Shown here: piece by piece, positions 1 through 9,404 of the stretch | Numbering within the stretch: the first letter of the stretch is position 1 | Layout: each line of letters opens with the position of its first letter | From: an uncultured Actinomycetota bacterium | GTDB taxonomy: Bacteria > Actinomycetota > Actinomycetes > Mycobacteriales > SCTD01 | Direction of reading: 5' to 3' | Assembly: GCA_963761655.1 (NCBI GenBank) | Contig: CAVXHI010000011.1 | Location: forward strand, 544,935-608,934 | DNA length: 64,000 nt | Program-made: the position numbers and the translations under genes | The notes under the pieces: model-generated | What the model saw: the letters and a program-made list of their open reading frames with translations, nothing else | Database searches by the model: none | What the model was told of the DNA's origin: nothing

Positions 1-1
1 C

Positions 2-214
2 TACTTCGGCCCGGCCGCGATCGTCAACGCCCACCGCTTCATCTTCGACAGCCGCGACGACGGCGCCGAGGAGCGGCTGGAGATCCTCAACGAGAAGGAG
101 GGGGTGTGGCGCTGCCGCACCACCTTCAACTGCACCGACGCCTGCCCCCGTGGCATCGAGGTCACCAAGGCGATCCAGGAAGTGAAGCGCGCGCTCATCT
201 ACCGGCGCGTCTAG
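2..214 (+). CDS. sdhB: succinate dehydrogenase/fumarate reductase iron-sulfur subunit, C-terminal fragment (5' end outside window)
   Basis: Frame 2 reads YFGPAAIVNAHRFIFDSRDD...WRCRTTFNCTDACPRGIEVTKAIQEVKRALIYRRV, then TAG at 212-214. The C-x5-C-x3-CP cluster is typical of the third Fe-S centre of SdhB/FrdB. Confidence 0.85.
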   Translation, partial: YFGPAAIVNAHRFIFDSRDDGAEERLEILNEKEGVWRCRTTFNCTDACPRGIEVTKAIQEVKRALIYRRV

Positions 215-402
215 TCCGGTCCGGCCCCGACGGCCCCTCGCCCTCCCGGGTGGGGGGCCGTCGTCGTGTCGAGGGCGCCCCGGTCCGCCGAGCGTCCGCG
301 TCGTGCGGCCCCGCGCGGCGTGTCACCCACCCGACGCGGAAGATCACGACGGGTGCGGGCAGTGCGCGGGAACCTGACGGCCTGCTGGCGGGGGGAACAG
401 GG

Positions 403-891
403 GTGAGCAGCCCGCCGGACGACCTCGCGCAGCTGTACGAGGCCGCCTACCCGCGTCTCGTCGCGGTGGTGTCGGCGGTGTCCGGCCGGCCGGGGGAGGC
501 CGAGGAGGCGGTGCAGGACGCGTTCGTCCGGCTGCTCGGCCAGTGGGACCGCGTCGCCCGGTACGACGACCCCGAGGCGTGGCTGCGCCGGGTCGCCCTC
601 GGGTTCGCCGGCAACCGTCGGCGCAAGACCCGCAACGGCCTGCGGGCGGTCCTGCGGCTCGGCCGGCCCGACGACGTCGCCCCGCCGTCCGGCGACGCCG
701 TCGACCTGCGGCGGGCCCTGGCCGGGCTCCGGCACGAGCAGCGCGAGGTCCTCGTGCTGCAGCACTACGTCGGCCTCGAGGTCGAGGCCATCGCCCGCGA
801 GCTCGGCGTGCCCGTCGGCACCGTGAAGTCCCGGCTGGCGCGGGCCCGCGCCGCGCTGGCCCCGCTCCTGCAGGAGGTCGACCGTGGATGA
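403..891 (+). CDS. ECF-type RNA polymerase sigma-70 family factor
   Basis: Region-2-like EAVQDAFVRLLGQWDR..PEAWLRRVA and region-4 HTH EVEAIARELGVPVGTVKSRLARAR. GTG at 403 is in frame with ORF 106..891; the start is approximate. Confidence 0.8.
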   Translation: MSSPPDDLAQLYEAAYPRLVAVVSAVSGRPGEAEEAVQDAFVRLLGQWDRVARYDDPEAWLRRVALGFAGNRRRKTRNGLRAVLRLGRPDDVAPPSGDAVDLRRALAGLRHEQREVLVLQHYVGLEVEAIARELGVPVGTVKSRLARARAALAPLLQEVDRG

Positions 892-1996
892 CCTGACCGC
901 CCTCGTCCGCGACGAGGTCTCGTCCCACCGGCCGGACGTCGTGCCGCCGTTCTCCGCCGTCGTCGCCCGGCACCGCCGTCGCGCCCGACGTCGGCAGGGG
1001 CTCGCCGTCGTGGCGGTCGCCGTGGCGGTCGCGGGCGTGGTCGTCGCCGTGCCGGACCGGGACAGGGCCCCCGCTCCGGCGGCGGCTGCCGTGGTGCTCG
1101 ACCCCGAGGCCCGTCCGCGCGAGGGCGACGTCGCGCCGCCGGACTTCACCAGCCCGCGGGGCGGGCCGGCGCGCCGCACCTGCGGCAGGCTCCGGGGCGA
1201 GCGTCTCGTGGGACGTCCGGGGGGACGTCGTCTCCGGGCGGGTGCTGCTGACGCCCCCGGATCACCCCCGGGCGAGCGCCCGGTACGGGTCGGCTGCGAG
1301 CTCGCGGGGCCCGCCTCGGCTCCTGTTCAGCGGCCCGGCCGACGGTCCGGTCGGACCCGAGGGCGTCCTGGTGGAGCAGCCCGACGTCCCCAGCGCACCC
1401 GCCCGCAGCCGCTCCTCGCGGCCTCCGCCGACGGCGTCGTCGTGCCCTTCACGCTCGCCGGTTCGAACTGCGTGCTCAGGCCGACGCCGTCAACGCTTTC
1501 GGGGGGACGCCGGCCTGGTCGATCACCGCGTCCCGGAGCGGCTGCCCTGCGACCCCCTCGGCCCGACGCCGACGGCGAGCTGAGCGTCGGGATCGCCCAC
1601 ACCGCGGGGACCCCGGCGGGGCTCCTCCCGGCCGACCGCGACGACCTCCGGGTGTCGCTCGAGCTCCCGGCGTCGGTGCGCGACGGCGACCCGGTCTCCT
1701 TCGTCGCCGTGCTGAGCAACCCCACCGACGCGGACGTCCCCCTGGACCCCTGTCCCTCGTGGGGGGCCGCGCAGGGGCGCGAGGACAGCGACAGCTCGAG
1801 CTACGGCTCCCGCTCCGGACGGCTGCCCTGCGACCGGGTCCGCGAGGTCCCGGCCCACGGGGAGCTGCGCTTCTCGCTCTCCCTCCCCGACGTCGCCGCC
1901 GGCCAGCCCGGGAGGCACGACGCCGCCCGCACCACCGTCCGCTGGGGCATCGCCGGGCCGGCGGCCGCCGAGGGCACGGTGGCCTACACCCGGTGA
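884..1996 (+). CDS. single-pass membrane protein coupled to the ECF sigma gene (putative anti-sigma-like partner); internal frame inconsistencies
   Basis: GTG 884 overlaps the sigma stop (GTGGATGA). Short N-terminus, then TM segment LAVVAVAVAVAGVVVAV, then an extracytoplasmic part. Codon-position composition indicates another frame for about 1190-1395 and 1495-1560 (see findings). Confidence 0.5.
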   Translation: MDDLTALVRDEVSSHRPDVVPPFSAVVARHRRRARRRQGLAVVAVAVAVAGVVVAVPDRDRAPAPAAAAVVLDPEARPREGDVAPPDFTSPRGGPARRTCGRLRGERLVGRPGGRRLRAGAADAPGSPPGERPVRVGCELAGPASAPVQRPGRRSGRTRGRPGGAARRPQRTRPQPLLAASADGVVVPFTLAGSNCVLRPTPSTLSGGRRPGRSPRPGAAALRPPRPDADGELSVGIAHTAGTPAGLLPADRDDLRVSLELPASVRDGDPVSFVAVLSNPTDADVPLDPCPSWGAAQGREDSDSSSYGSRSGRLPCDRVREVPAHGELRFSLSLPDVAAGQPGRHDAARTTVRWGIAGPAAAEGTVAYTR

Positions 1997-2016
1997 CGCG
2001 GGGGCAGGAGCCCGGC

Positions 2017-2901
2017 ATGACGCAGACCGCACCGGACCGCCCCGGCGTCGGGTCGGACCCCGCCACCGACCCCGCCGTCGCCGAGACCGAGGTCGAGGAC
2101 GCGTTCAAGCGCTCTGTCGACGAGGGCAGGCGCCGACTGTCGCGCCGGCCGTGGCCGCTGGTCGCCACCGGCATCCTCGGCGGCATCGACGTCGGGACGG
2201 GCGTGCTCGCGCTGCTGTTCGTCGAGCACGAGACCGAGAACGTGCTGCTGGCCGGGCTGGCCTTCTCGATCGGCTTCATCGCGCTGAGCCTCGCGAAGAG
2301 CGAGCTGTTCACCGAGGACTTCCTCGTCCCGGTCACCACGGTGGTCGCCCGTCAGGCGCGGTTCCGGATGCTGCTGCGGCTCTGGGTCGTGACGCTGCTG
2401 GCCAACCTCGTCGGGGGCTGGGTGTTCACCCGCCTGATCATGCTGGGCTTCCCGCAGTTCTCCGAGACCGCGCTCAAGGCCGGCGGCCACTACATCGACC
2501 TGGGCCTCGGCCGCCGGGCGTTCGCGCTCGCGGTCATCGGCGGGGCGGTCATCACGCTGATGACCTGGATGCAGCACAACACCGAGTCCGACGGCCTCAA
2601 GCTGGTGCCCGCCGTGACGGGGGCCTTCCTGCTGGGTGGCGCCCAGCTGAACCACGCGGTGGTCAACTCGCTGCTGATCTTCGCGGCCCTGCACACCGGG
2701 CGGGCACCCTTCGGCTACGTCGACTGGCTGCAGACCGCGTCCCTCGCCGCCGCCGGCAACATGGTCGGCGGGCTGCTGCTCGTGACCCTGCTGCGGCTGT
2801 TCCAGATCCCCCACGCCGTCAAGGAGGAGCGCGACAACCCCGCCCTCGGCGTCGCCGTCGGGGACTCCCGCCGGGTGGGGGGCCGCACCGAGGGCGCCTG
2901 A
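2017..2901 (+). CDS. formate/nitrite transporter (FNT) family membrane protein
   Basis: ATG 2017 is preceded by GGCAGGAG. Polytopic sequence with FNT-like segments (AKSELFTEDFLVP, GGAQLNHAVVNSLLI, AAGNMVGGLLLV). Confidence 0.75.
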   Translation: MTQTAPDRPGVGSDPATDPAVAETEVEDAFKRSVDEGRRRLSRRPWPLVATGILGGIDVGTGVLALLFVEHETENVLLAGLAFSIGFIALSLAKSELFTEDFLVPVTTVVARQARFRMLLRLWVVTLLANLVGGWVFTRLIMLGFPQFSETALKAGGHYIDLGLGRRAFALAVIGGAVITLMTWMQHNTESDGLKLVPAVTGAFLLGGAQLNHAVVNSLLIFAALHTGRAPFGYVDWLQTASLAAAGNMVGGLLLVTLLRLFQIPHAVKEERDNPALGVAVGDSRRVGGRTEGA

Positions 2902-2957
2902 CGCGCCCGACCGGCCTGCCCGTGCAGGGCCTGCCCCGGAGGTACGGTCGCCCGACC

Positions 2958-4205
2958 ATGCGGAGTCCCCTGCGCCTGCGCGCGCTCGCCGTCGTGCTCC
3001 CCGTCGCCGGGCTGCTGCTCGCCGGACCGGCGTCGGCCTCGACGCTCGGCTCCGACGCCCCGGTCGGCGGCCCGCTGCTGACGGGCGCCGGCACGGTGCT
3101 CGGCCCGGGCGCCCCGCCGCTGCCGGCCCAGGCGGTCGCGCACGGGCTCGTCGTCGCCGACCTCGACACCGGCGCCGTGCTCGCTGCCCGCGACCCGCAC
3201 GGGCGCTACGCCCCGGCCAGCACCCTGAAGATCCTCACCGCGGTCGCGCTGTCGCCCCTGCTGGACCGCAGCCGCAAGCTCGTCCCGACGTTCGACGACC
3301 TGGACGTCGACGGCACCAAGGTCGGGCTGGTCGAGCGGGTGGGCTACCCCGTCGACGAGCTGTTCACGGCCATGATGATGGTGTCCGGCAACGACGTCGC
3401 CAACACGCTGGCGTCCGGCGCGGGCGGGCCGGCCGCCATCGAGAAGATGAACGCCGAGGCCACCCGCTTGCAGGCCCGGGACACCCACGCGGTCAACCCG
3501 AGCGGCCTGGACGCCCCCGGCCAGGTCAGCTCCGCCTACGACCTCGCCCTGCTCGGCCGGGCCGGGATGGCCGACCCCGACTTCCGCCGCTGGGTCTCGA
3601 CCCGCCGCGGCAGCGTCAGCGGCCCCGGCGGCCAGCGCATCGAGACCTACAACCACAACAAGCTGCTCGGCCGCTACGAGGGCGCCCTCGGGATCAAGAA
3701 CGGCTACACGTCGTCGGCCAAGGCCAGCTTCGTCGGCGCCGCGACCCGCGGCGGTCACACCGTCCTGGTCGCGATGATGCGCACCCAGCCCAAGGTCGAC
3801 GTCGAGGCCAGGGCCCTGCTCGACTGGGGCTTCAGCGCGATCGCCGCCGGCGCCCAGCCGGTCGGCACGCTGGTCGAGCCCGTCGACGGACCGCTCGCCG
3901 TCGCGACCGCGCCCGCCACCGACGACGCCGTCCTGCGCCTGCCCGTCCGGCCGGAGCCCGCGTCCGGGGGCGGCCTGTCCACCCCCCTGCTCACCGTGGC
4001 CGGCCTGTCCGCCCTGACCCTGCTCGTCCGACGCCGCCGCCGGACCGTGCTGGCCCGGGCAGCCGCCCGTCGCACCGTCCCGCGGCCCCGACCCGCACCG
4101 GCCGCCCGGACCGTCCTGCCGTCGACGCCGCCCCGGCCGGCACGCCAGCGCGTCCCCACCGGGCCTCCCGTGACCGAGACCCGCCGCCGGGTGCCGCGCC
4201 GCTAG
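2958..4205 (+). CDS. D-alanyl-D-alanine carboxypeptidase (serine-type, S11/PBP5-like) with C-terminal membrane anchor
   Basis: Signal peptide MRSPLRLRALAVVLPVAGLLLAGPASA. Motifs STLK, SGN and KNG (KTG-type) occur in the right order. C-terminal hydrophobic segment followed by an Arg-rich tail. Confidence 0.85.
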   Translation: MRSPLRLRALAVVLPVAGLLLAGPASASTLGSDAPVGGPLLTGAGTVLGPGAPPLPAQAVAHGLVVADLDTGAVLAARDPHGRYAPASTLKILTAVALSPLLDRSRKLVPTFDDLDVDGTKVGLVERVGYPVDELFTAMMMVSGNDVANTLASGAGGPAAIEKMNAEATRLQARDTHAVNPSGLDAPGQVSSAYDLALLGRAGMADPDFRRWVSTRRGSVSGPGGQRIETYNHNKLLGRYEGALGIKNGYTSSAKASFVGAATRGGHTVLVAMMRTQPKVDVEARALLDWGFSAIAAGAQPVGTLVEPVDGPLAVATAPATDDAVLRLPVRPEPASGGGLSTPLLTVAGLSALTLLVRRRRRTVLARAAARRTVPRPRPAPAARTVLPSTPPRPARQRVPTGPPVTETRRRVPRR

Positions 4206-4293
4206 GACGACCTGCCCCCTGCGCCCGGGCCTGCCTGCGACACTCTCCGCGGACCGGTGCCCTGCCGGCCGACACCAGCCGAGGAGCCTCCCC

Positions 4294-6620
4294 GTGCCGT
4301 CCGACGTCCCGCCCCCGCCCGACGCCCCGGGCGGCTCCTCCAGCACCGAGGAGCGGATGCGCAGCCTGTTGTCCCGCGCGGTGCAGGACCAGGTGTCGGA
4401 GCAGCGGGCGCTCACCGAGACGCTCCGCGCGCTGCAGGAGCAGCTCGACGCGGTCGCGGTCCAGGTCGGCAGCACGGCGTCCGGCGCGGCGCTGGGCGGG
4501 GGCCTGCAGGACCTCGGTCGGGCGGTCGCCGCCCTGCACGAGGACGTCGCCGGACGGCTCGGCGAGACGGCGGAGCAGCTCGCGGCACAGCAGGCGGCCG
4601 CCGGCGGCTTGCTCGACGGGGTCCGTCAGCAGGCGGGCTCCCTGGACCAGGTCCGGGTCGCCGTGTCGGACCTCGCGCCCGGCGTCGGCGAGCTCCAGCA
4701 GCAGCTGGGCGCCGTCCGCGAGCGCCTCGACGCCCTTCCCGACGCCGACGGGTCCCGCCGGACCGTCGCTGCCGCCGTCGAGACCCTGTCCGGACCCCTG
4801 GCGCGGGTCGAGGAGCGGCTCGGCAACATCGCCACCGACCAGTCGGTCCACGCGGTCCTCGAGGCGCTGACCGAGCTGCGCGGCCGGGCCGGAGCGGAGG
4901 CGCTCGGGCCGCGGCTCGACGTGCTGCTGACGGCGGTGCGTGCCCTGCCGCAGACCCCCGACCTCGCCGCCGCCGTGGGCGAGCTCGTCCAGGCCGTCGA
5001 GGAGCGGACGGACCGGCTCGAGGGCCCGCTCCAGCAGCTCCGTGACCGGCCTGCGGGCGACGCCCTGCGCGGCGAGCTCGAGCAGCTGGCCGGCACGGTC
5101 CGGGGGCAGAGCGGGGCGCTCCAGACCCTCGCCGGAGACGTCGCCCGCGCCGACGCGCTGCAGACCCTCGCCGACGATGTGTCCGGCCTTGCTCGCGCCG
5201 ACGCCCTGCAGGCCCTCGCCGAGGACGTGGCCGTCCGCACCGAGCCGCTCGCGCGGGCCGACGCGCTGCAGGCCCTCGCCGAGGACGTGTCCGGCCGCAC
5301 CGAGCCGCTCGCCCGGGCCGACGCGCTGCAGGCCCTCGCCGAGGACGTCGGCCGTCCGCATCGAGCCGCTCGCTCGCGCCGACGCGCTCCAGGCCGGCCT
5401 TGCCGACGTCCGCGAGCAGCACCGAGCCCCTCGCCCGGGCCGACGCGCTCCAGGCGCTGGCCGGGGAGGTGGCCCGCGCCGACGCGCTGCAGGCCAGCAC
5501 CGAGCCCCTCGCCCGGGCCGACGCGCTCCAGGCGCTCGCCGGGGAGGTGGCCCGGGCTGACGCGCTCCAGGCCCTGGCCGACGACGTCGCCCGGCGCACC
5601 GAGCCCCTCGCCCGCAGTGAGGCCGTCGACGCCCTGGCCGGCGCCCTCGGCAGCCTGGCCGAGGACGTGGTCCGGCGCACGGACGGCCTCGCCCGCACCG
5701 AGACGGTCGACGCCCTGGCGGTCGACGTCGTCCGTCGCGCCGACCTCGAGGCCCTCGCCGACCGCCTGAGCGGCCACGTGACGGGCCAGCTCGCCGAGCG
5801 GTTCGCCGACCTCCCGGACAGCCGCGGGCTCGCCGCCGACCTCGGCAGTCAGCTCGGCGCCCTGCACGACCGCACCCTGGACGCCGGTGCGCTCGAGAGC
5901 GGCCTGGCCCCGGTCCTGCGCCGGTTCGACGCGCTGCCCGACCGCGCCTTCGTCGTCGAGGCGCTGCAGGCCCTCGAGGAGCGGCTGGGCCAGCGCCTGG
6001 AGTCCCGGGTGCAGGCCCTCGAGGAGCGGCTGCTGGCCGCCGTCGCCCGCGGGCAGGACGAGCGCCCCGACGTCGTCGCCGTGCGCAGCCAGGTCGAGGG
6101 GCTCGAGGCGAGCGTGCTCGACGGCCTCGAAGGGGTCGTGCAGGGCGTGGCGTCCCTGGCGGCCCGCCTGCTGGACCGACTGCCCGAGGCCGGGCTGCTC
6201 CAGCGCACCGCCGAGGGCGTCCAGCAGCTGGGCCGGGCGCAGACGGAGCTCGCCAGCAGGGTCGAGGCGGGGACGACCGCCGCCGTGCCGGACGGTCTCG
6301 CGGACGACGTCGCCCGGCGGGTCAGCGCCGAGGTGCAGCAGGTCCTGGCCGCCCAGCTGCAGGAGCAGGTGGCCGCCGCGGTCCAGACCGAGCTGGCCCG
6401 CACCCGCTCGGCCACAGAGGCCGTGCCGATGCAGGACGCCCCGGTCCGGGTAGCGCCCGTCCAGGAAGCGCTGCAGCAGCCGCCCGCCCCGGAGCAGCCC
6501 GAGCCCGTCGAGCCGCCGCCTGCGGCCCCCGAGCCTGCCCCTCCGGCGCAGCCGGTCCGTCCGCCCCGCCCGGTCCGCCCCGCCGTCGACAGCGGCGTCG
6601 CGCCCCGCCTGCCCCGGTAG
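4294..6620 (+). pseudogene. large Ala/Leu/Glu-rich coiled-coil repeat protein, reading frame broken twice (+1 near 5349 and +1 near 5417); would be about 775 aa if repaired
   Basis: ORF 4294..5769 (frame 1) is protein-like only to about 5348. Frame 2 reads AVRIEPLARADALQAGLADVREQ over 5350-5416. Frame 3 (ORF 5400..6620) continues STEPLARADALQALAGEV... to a Pro-rich C-terminus. The same peptide repeat runs across all three frames. Confidence 0.7.
5149..5580 (+). repeat. nine copies of core GCCGACGC(G/C)CT(G/C)CAGGCC..GCC (peptide ARADALQALA) inside the coiled-coil gene
   Basis: Core starts at 5149, 5197, 5257, 5317, 5378, 5439, 5478, 5517 and 5556. Spacings are 48, 60, 60, 61, 61, 39, 39, 39 nt. 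Units 5221-5280 and 5281-5340 are nearly identical. Confidence 0.9.
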
Positions 6621-6623
6621 CCC

Positions 6624-7787
6624 TCAGCGGCGCCGCACCAGGCGGCGCAGGGTGCCCAGGGCGTGCAGGCCCACTCCGGCCAGCACCACGCCGCCCGCGA
6701 CCGCCGTGACCCGTGCTGCGGCCGACACCGCGTCCTCCGGCGTCCGGGCACGAGCAGCCGGGGCCGGAGCGGGCGACGTCTCCGCGGAGACGTCCTCCCC
6801 CTGCACGGCGTCGGCCAGGCGCGTCCCCGTCCCGCCCTCGGTGAGCGACGCGGCGTCGTCGTCGGCGAACTCCTCCGGGATGCCGGCCTTGCGCGCCTGC
6901 TCGCGCGACGCCGTCCCCGACGGGGCGACGTCGGAGTCGTACGGCGCCGTCACGACGAAGGCGCTGGTCAGGAGCAGGAAGCGGGTGAACAGGTTGAGGA
7001 ACAGCAGCAGACCGACCACGACGGCGAACGTGCCGTAGGTCGCCTCGCCCTTGCTGGTCGTCCGGGCGACGTAGACCCCGCCGAGGACCTTGAGCAGCTC
7101 GAACCCGACCGCCCCGAACACCGCACCCCTGATCAGCCGTCGCAGCGGGTTGGCCACCCGCGACAGCCGGCCGAACAGGTACAGGAACAGGGCGGTGTCG
7201 GCGACGAGGGCGAGCGCGTACCCGAGCAGCCGGGTGAAGACGCGGGCCGCCGTCGAGTCCTCCACGCGCAGCAGGTCCAGGACGGCACCGGTGAACGCGG
7301 TGACCAGCCCGGTCGCGACGACGGAGGCGCCGATGGTGGCGAACAGCCCGACGAGGACGACGACGTCGAGCAGCTTGCGGACCACGATGTTGCCGGCCTG
7401 CACGTTCTGGTGCCAGATGCTCCGGATCGCCTCGCGCAGGGCGTCGATCCACCCGAGCCCCGAGTACAGCGTGCCCAGCAGGCCGAGGACCCCCGCCGGG
7501 CCCTTGGCCTCCTCGAGGGTCGTGCCGAGGGTCTCGACCAGGGCGGGCGGCAGCACCCCGCCGAGGGCGTCCTGCACGCGCGCGCTGGCGTCGTCGCCGT
7601 AGACGTAGCCGAGCAGCGAGACGGCCAGCAGGACGATCGGGAACAGCGACAGGAACCAGTAGAAGGTGACGGCGGCGGCGAGCCGGTCACCGGTGTCGGC
7701 CTGGTAGCGCTGGACGGTCCGGACCAGGTGGTCGAGGAACGGACGGCGGGCACGGGCGCGGGAGAACAGGGCTGCGGGAGAGGCCAC
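6624..7787 (-). CDS. YihY/BrkB family membrane protein
   Basis: 387-aa polytopic protein. N-terminal RYQADTGDRLAAAVTFYWFLSLFPIVLL and the YSGLGWIDALREA..IW pattern are typical of the YihY/virulence factor BrkB family. Confidence 0.75.
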   Translation of the reverse strand: MASPAALFSRARARRPFLDHLVRTVQRYQADTGDRLAAAVTFYWFLSLFPIVLLAVSLLGYVYGDDASARVQDALGGVLPPALVETLGTTLEEAKGPAGVLGLLGTLYSGLGWIDALREAIRSIWHQNVQAGNIVVRKLLDVVVLVGLFATIGASVVATGLVTAFTGAVLDLLRVEDSTAARVFTRLLGYALALVADTALFLYLFGRLSRVANPLRRLIRGAVFGAVGFELLKVLGGVYVARTTSKGEATYGTFAVVVGLLLFLNLFTRFLLLTSAFVVTAPYDSDVAPSGTASREQARKAGIPEEFADDDAASLTEGGTGTRLADAVQGEDVSAETSPAPAPAARARTPEDAVSAAARVTAVAGGVVLAGVGLHALGTLRRLVRRR

Positions 7788-7796
7788 GGCGGTCGC

Positions 7797-8354
7797 CTAC
7801 CCGCCGGCGGCCGGCTCCACCGGTCCGGGCAGTCCGCCCGGCCCGAACGGGTAGTCGCGCTGCGGCCGCCAGACGCCGTCGGGCCCGCGCTCGAACAGGG
7901 TGAAGCCCCAGACCCGGAAGCGGGCGTCGTAGCTGGCGAGGGCGTCGTAGGCCTCGTCGAGCGACGCCGCGTCGAGGTCGTGCGCGACGGTGACGTGCGG
8001 GTGGTACGGGAAGGCGGTGTCGCGGGCGAGCGGGCCGCTGCGGACCTGCGCCTCGAGCCGCTCGCACTCGCTGATGCCGCGCGCCAGGGGGACGAACACG
8101 ACCGGCGAGACCGGGCGGAAGGTGCCCGAGCCGCGCAGGTGCACGTCGAACGCCTCCTCGCCCTCGGCGACCTGCCGCAGGTGCTCCTCGACCTCGGCGA
8201 GCCGCGCGTCGTCCAGCGGCGTCGGCGGCAGGAGGGTGACGTGCGGGGGGACGGCGGCGGCGTTCGGGTCGCCGAGGCGCTCGCGCCAGCCCTGCAGCTC
8301 GGTGGTGTACGGCTCGGGGATCCCGATCGACACGCCGAACTCCCGCGACGCCAT
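7797..8354 (-). CDS. 2'-5' RNA ligase / 2H phosphoesterase family protein
   Basis: 185 aa with two H-x-T-x motifs (PPHVTLLP and HPHVTVAH). The ATG shares one base with the trpS stop (TGATG). Confidence 0.75.
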   Translation of the reverse strand: MASREFGVSIGIPEPYTTELQGWRERLGDPNAAAVPPHVTLLPPTPLDDARLAEVEEHLRQVAEGEEAFDVHLRGSGTFRPVSPVVFVPLARGISECERLEAQVRSGPLARDTAFPYHPHVTVAHDLDAASLDEAYDALASYDARFRVWGFTLFERGPDGVWRPQRDYPFGPGGLPGPVEPAAGG

Positions 8355-9340
8355 CAGCGCGCCAGCAGTCCGACCCGGTCGCGCACGTCGGCCATCGTCG
8401 CGGAGGCGACCTCCCGGGCCCGCTCGGCGCCGGCGGACAGGACGGCGTCGAGGTGCGCGGGGTCGGCCACGAGCTCGGCGTAGCGCTCGCGCACGGGGGC
8501 GAACAGCGCGACGACGGCCTCCGCGACGGCGCCCTTGAAGTCGCCGTAGCCCTTGCCGGCGAACTCGGCCTCGAGCGCCTCGACGGTCGAGCCGGTGCAG
8601 ACCGACAGGACGGTGAGCAGGTTGGTGATGCCCGGCTTGTCCTCGGACGCGACGACCTCCCGGCCGGTGTCGGTGACCGCGCTCCTGACCTTCTTGGTGA
8701 GGGTCTTCGGGTCGTCGACGACCCAGAGCGTCCCGGGCCCGCCGCGGCTGGTGCTCATCTTGACGGTCGGGTCCTGCAGGTCCTTGATCCGGGCAGCGCC
8801 GGTCTGCACGTACGGGTCCGGGACGACGAAGGTGTCGCCGTAGCGGTTGTTGAAGCGCTGGGCGAGGTCGCGCGTGAGCTCGAGGTGCTGCCGCTGGTCC
8901 TCGCCGACCGGCACGGCCTTCGGGCGGTACAGCAGGATGTCGGCGGCCTGCAGGACCGGGTAGGTGAACAGCCCGACGTTGCCGCTGCCCTTCTCCTTGA
9001 ACTGGGTCATGCGGCTCGCCTCGCCGAAGCCGGTGAGGCACGACAGCACCCACAGCAGCTCGGTGTGCTCCGGGACGGCGCTCTGCAGGAACAGCGTCGA
9101 GCGCCCCGGGTCGACGCCCATGGCCAGCACCTCGGCGACCGTCTGGCGGGTCGCCGCGCGGTGCGCCTCGGGGGTCGGGAGCTCGTCGAGGGCGTGCAGG
9201 TCGGCGACGAAGTAGAAGCACTCGTGGCCGTCCTGCATGTCGGCCCAGTGGCGGACCGCGCCGAGGTAGTTGCCCAGGTGCTTGCCCTGACCGGTCGGCT
9301 GGATGCCGGACAGCACGCGGGGTCGGGCAGCGGTCGGCAT
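8354..9340 (-). CDS. trpS: tryptophan--tRNA ligase
   Basis: MPTAARPRVLSGIQPTGQGKHLGNYLG (HIGH-type), KMSTS (KMSKS-type) and YPVLQAADILLY. 328 aa. Confidence 0.95.
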   Translation of the reverse strand: MPTAARPRVLSGIQPTGQGKHLGNYLGAVRHWADMQDGHECFYFVADLHALDELPTPEAHRAATRQTVAEVLAMGVDPGRSTLFLQSAVPEHTELLWVLSCLTGFGEASRMTQFKEKGSGNVGLFTYPVLQAADILLYRPKAVPVGEDQRQHLELTRDLAQRFNNRYGDTFVVPDPYVQTGAARIKDLQDPTVKMSTSRGGPGTLWVVDDPKTLTKKVRSAVTDTGREVVASEDKPGITNLLTVLSVCTGSTVEALEAEFAGKGYGDFKGAVAEAVVALFAPVRERYAELVADPAHLDAVLSAGAERAREVASATMADVRDRVGLLAR

Positions 9341-9404
9341 CCGCAGAGTCTCCCAGAGAGCCGTCCGGGGTGACGCGTGCGGGTGCGGAGGGCAGGCTGC
9401 CCCC

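Noticed and set aside
5400-6620. Treating ORF 5400..6620 and ORF 4294..5769 as two independent overlapping genes.
   Set aside because: The same peptide repeat continues across the junction in three successive frames. The 3' 350 nt of the first ORF translate to an Arg/Pro-rich non-protein-like string. A single interrupted gene explains the data better.
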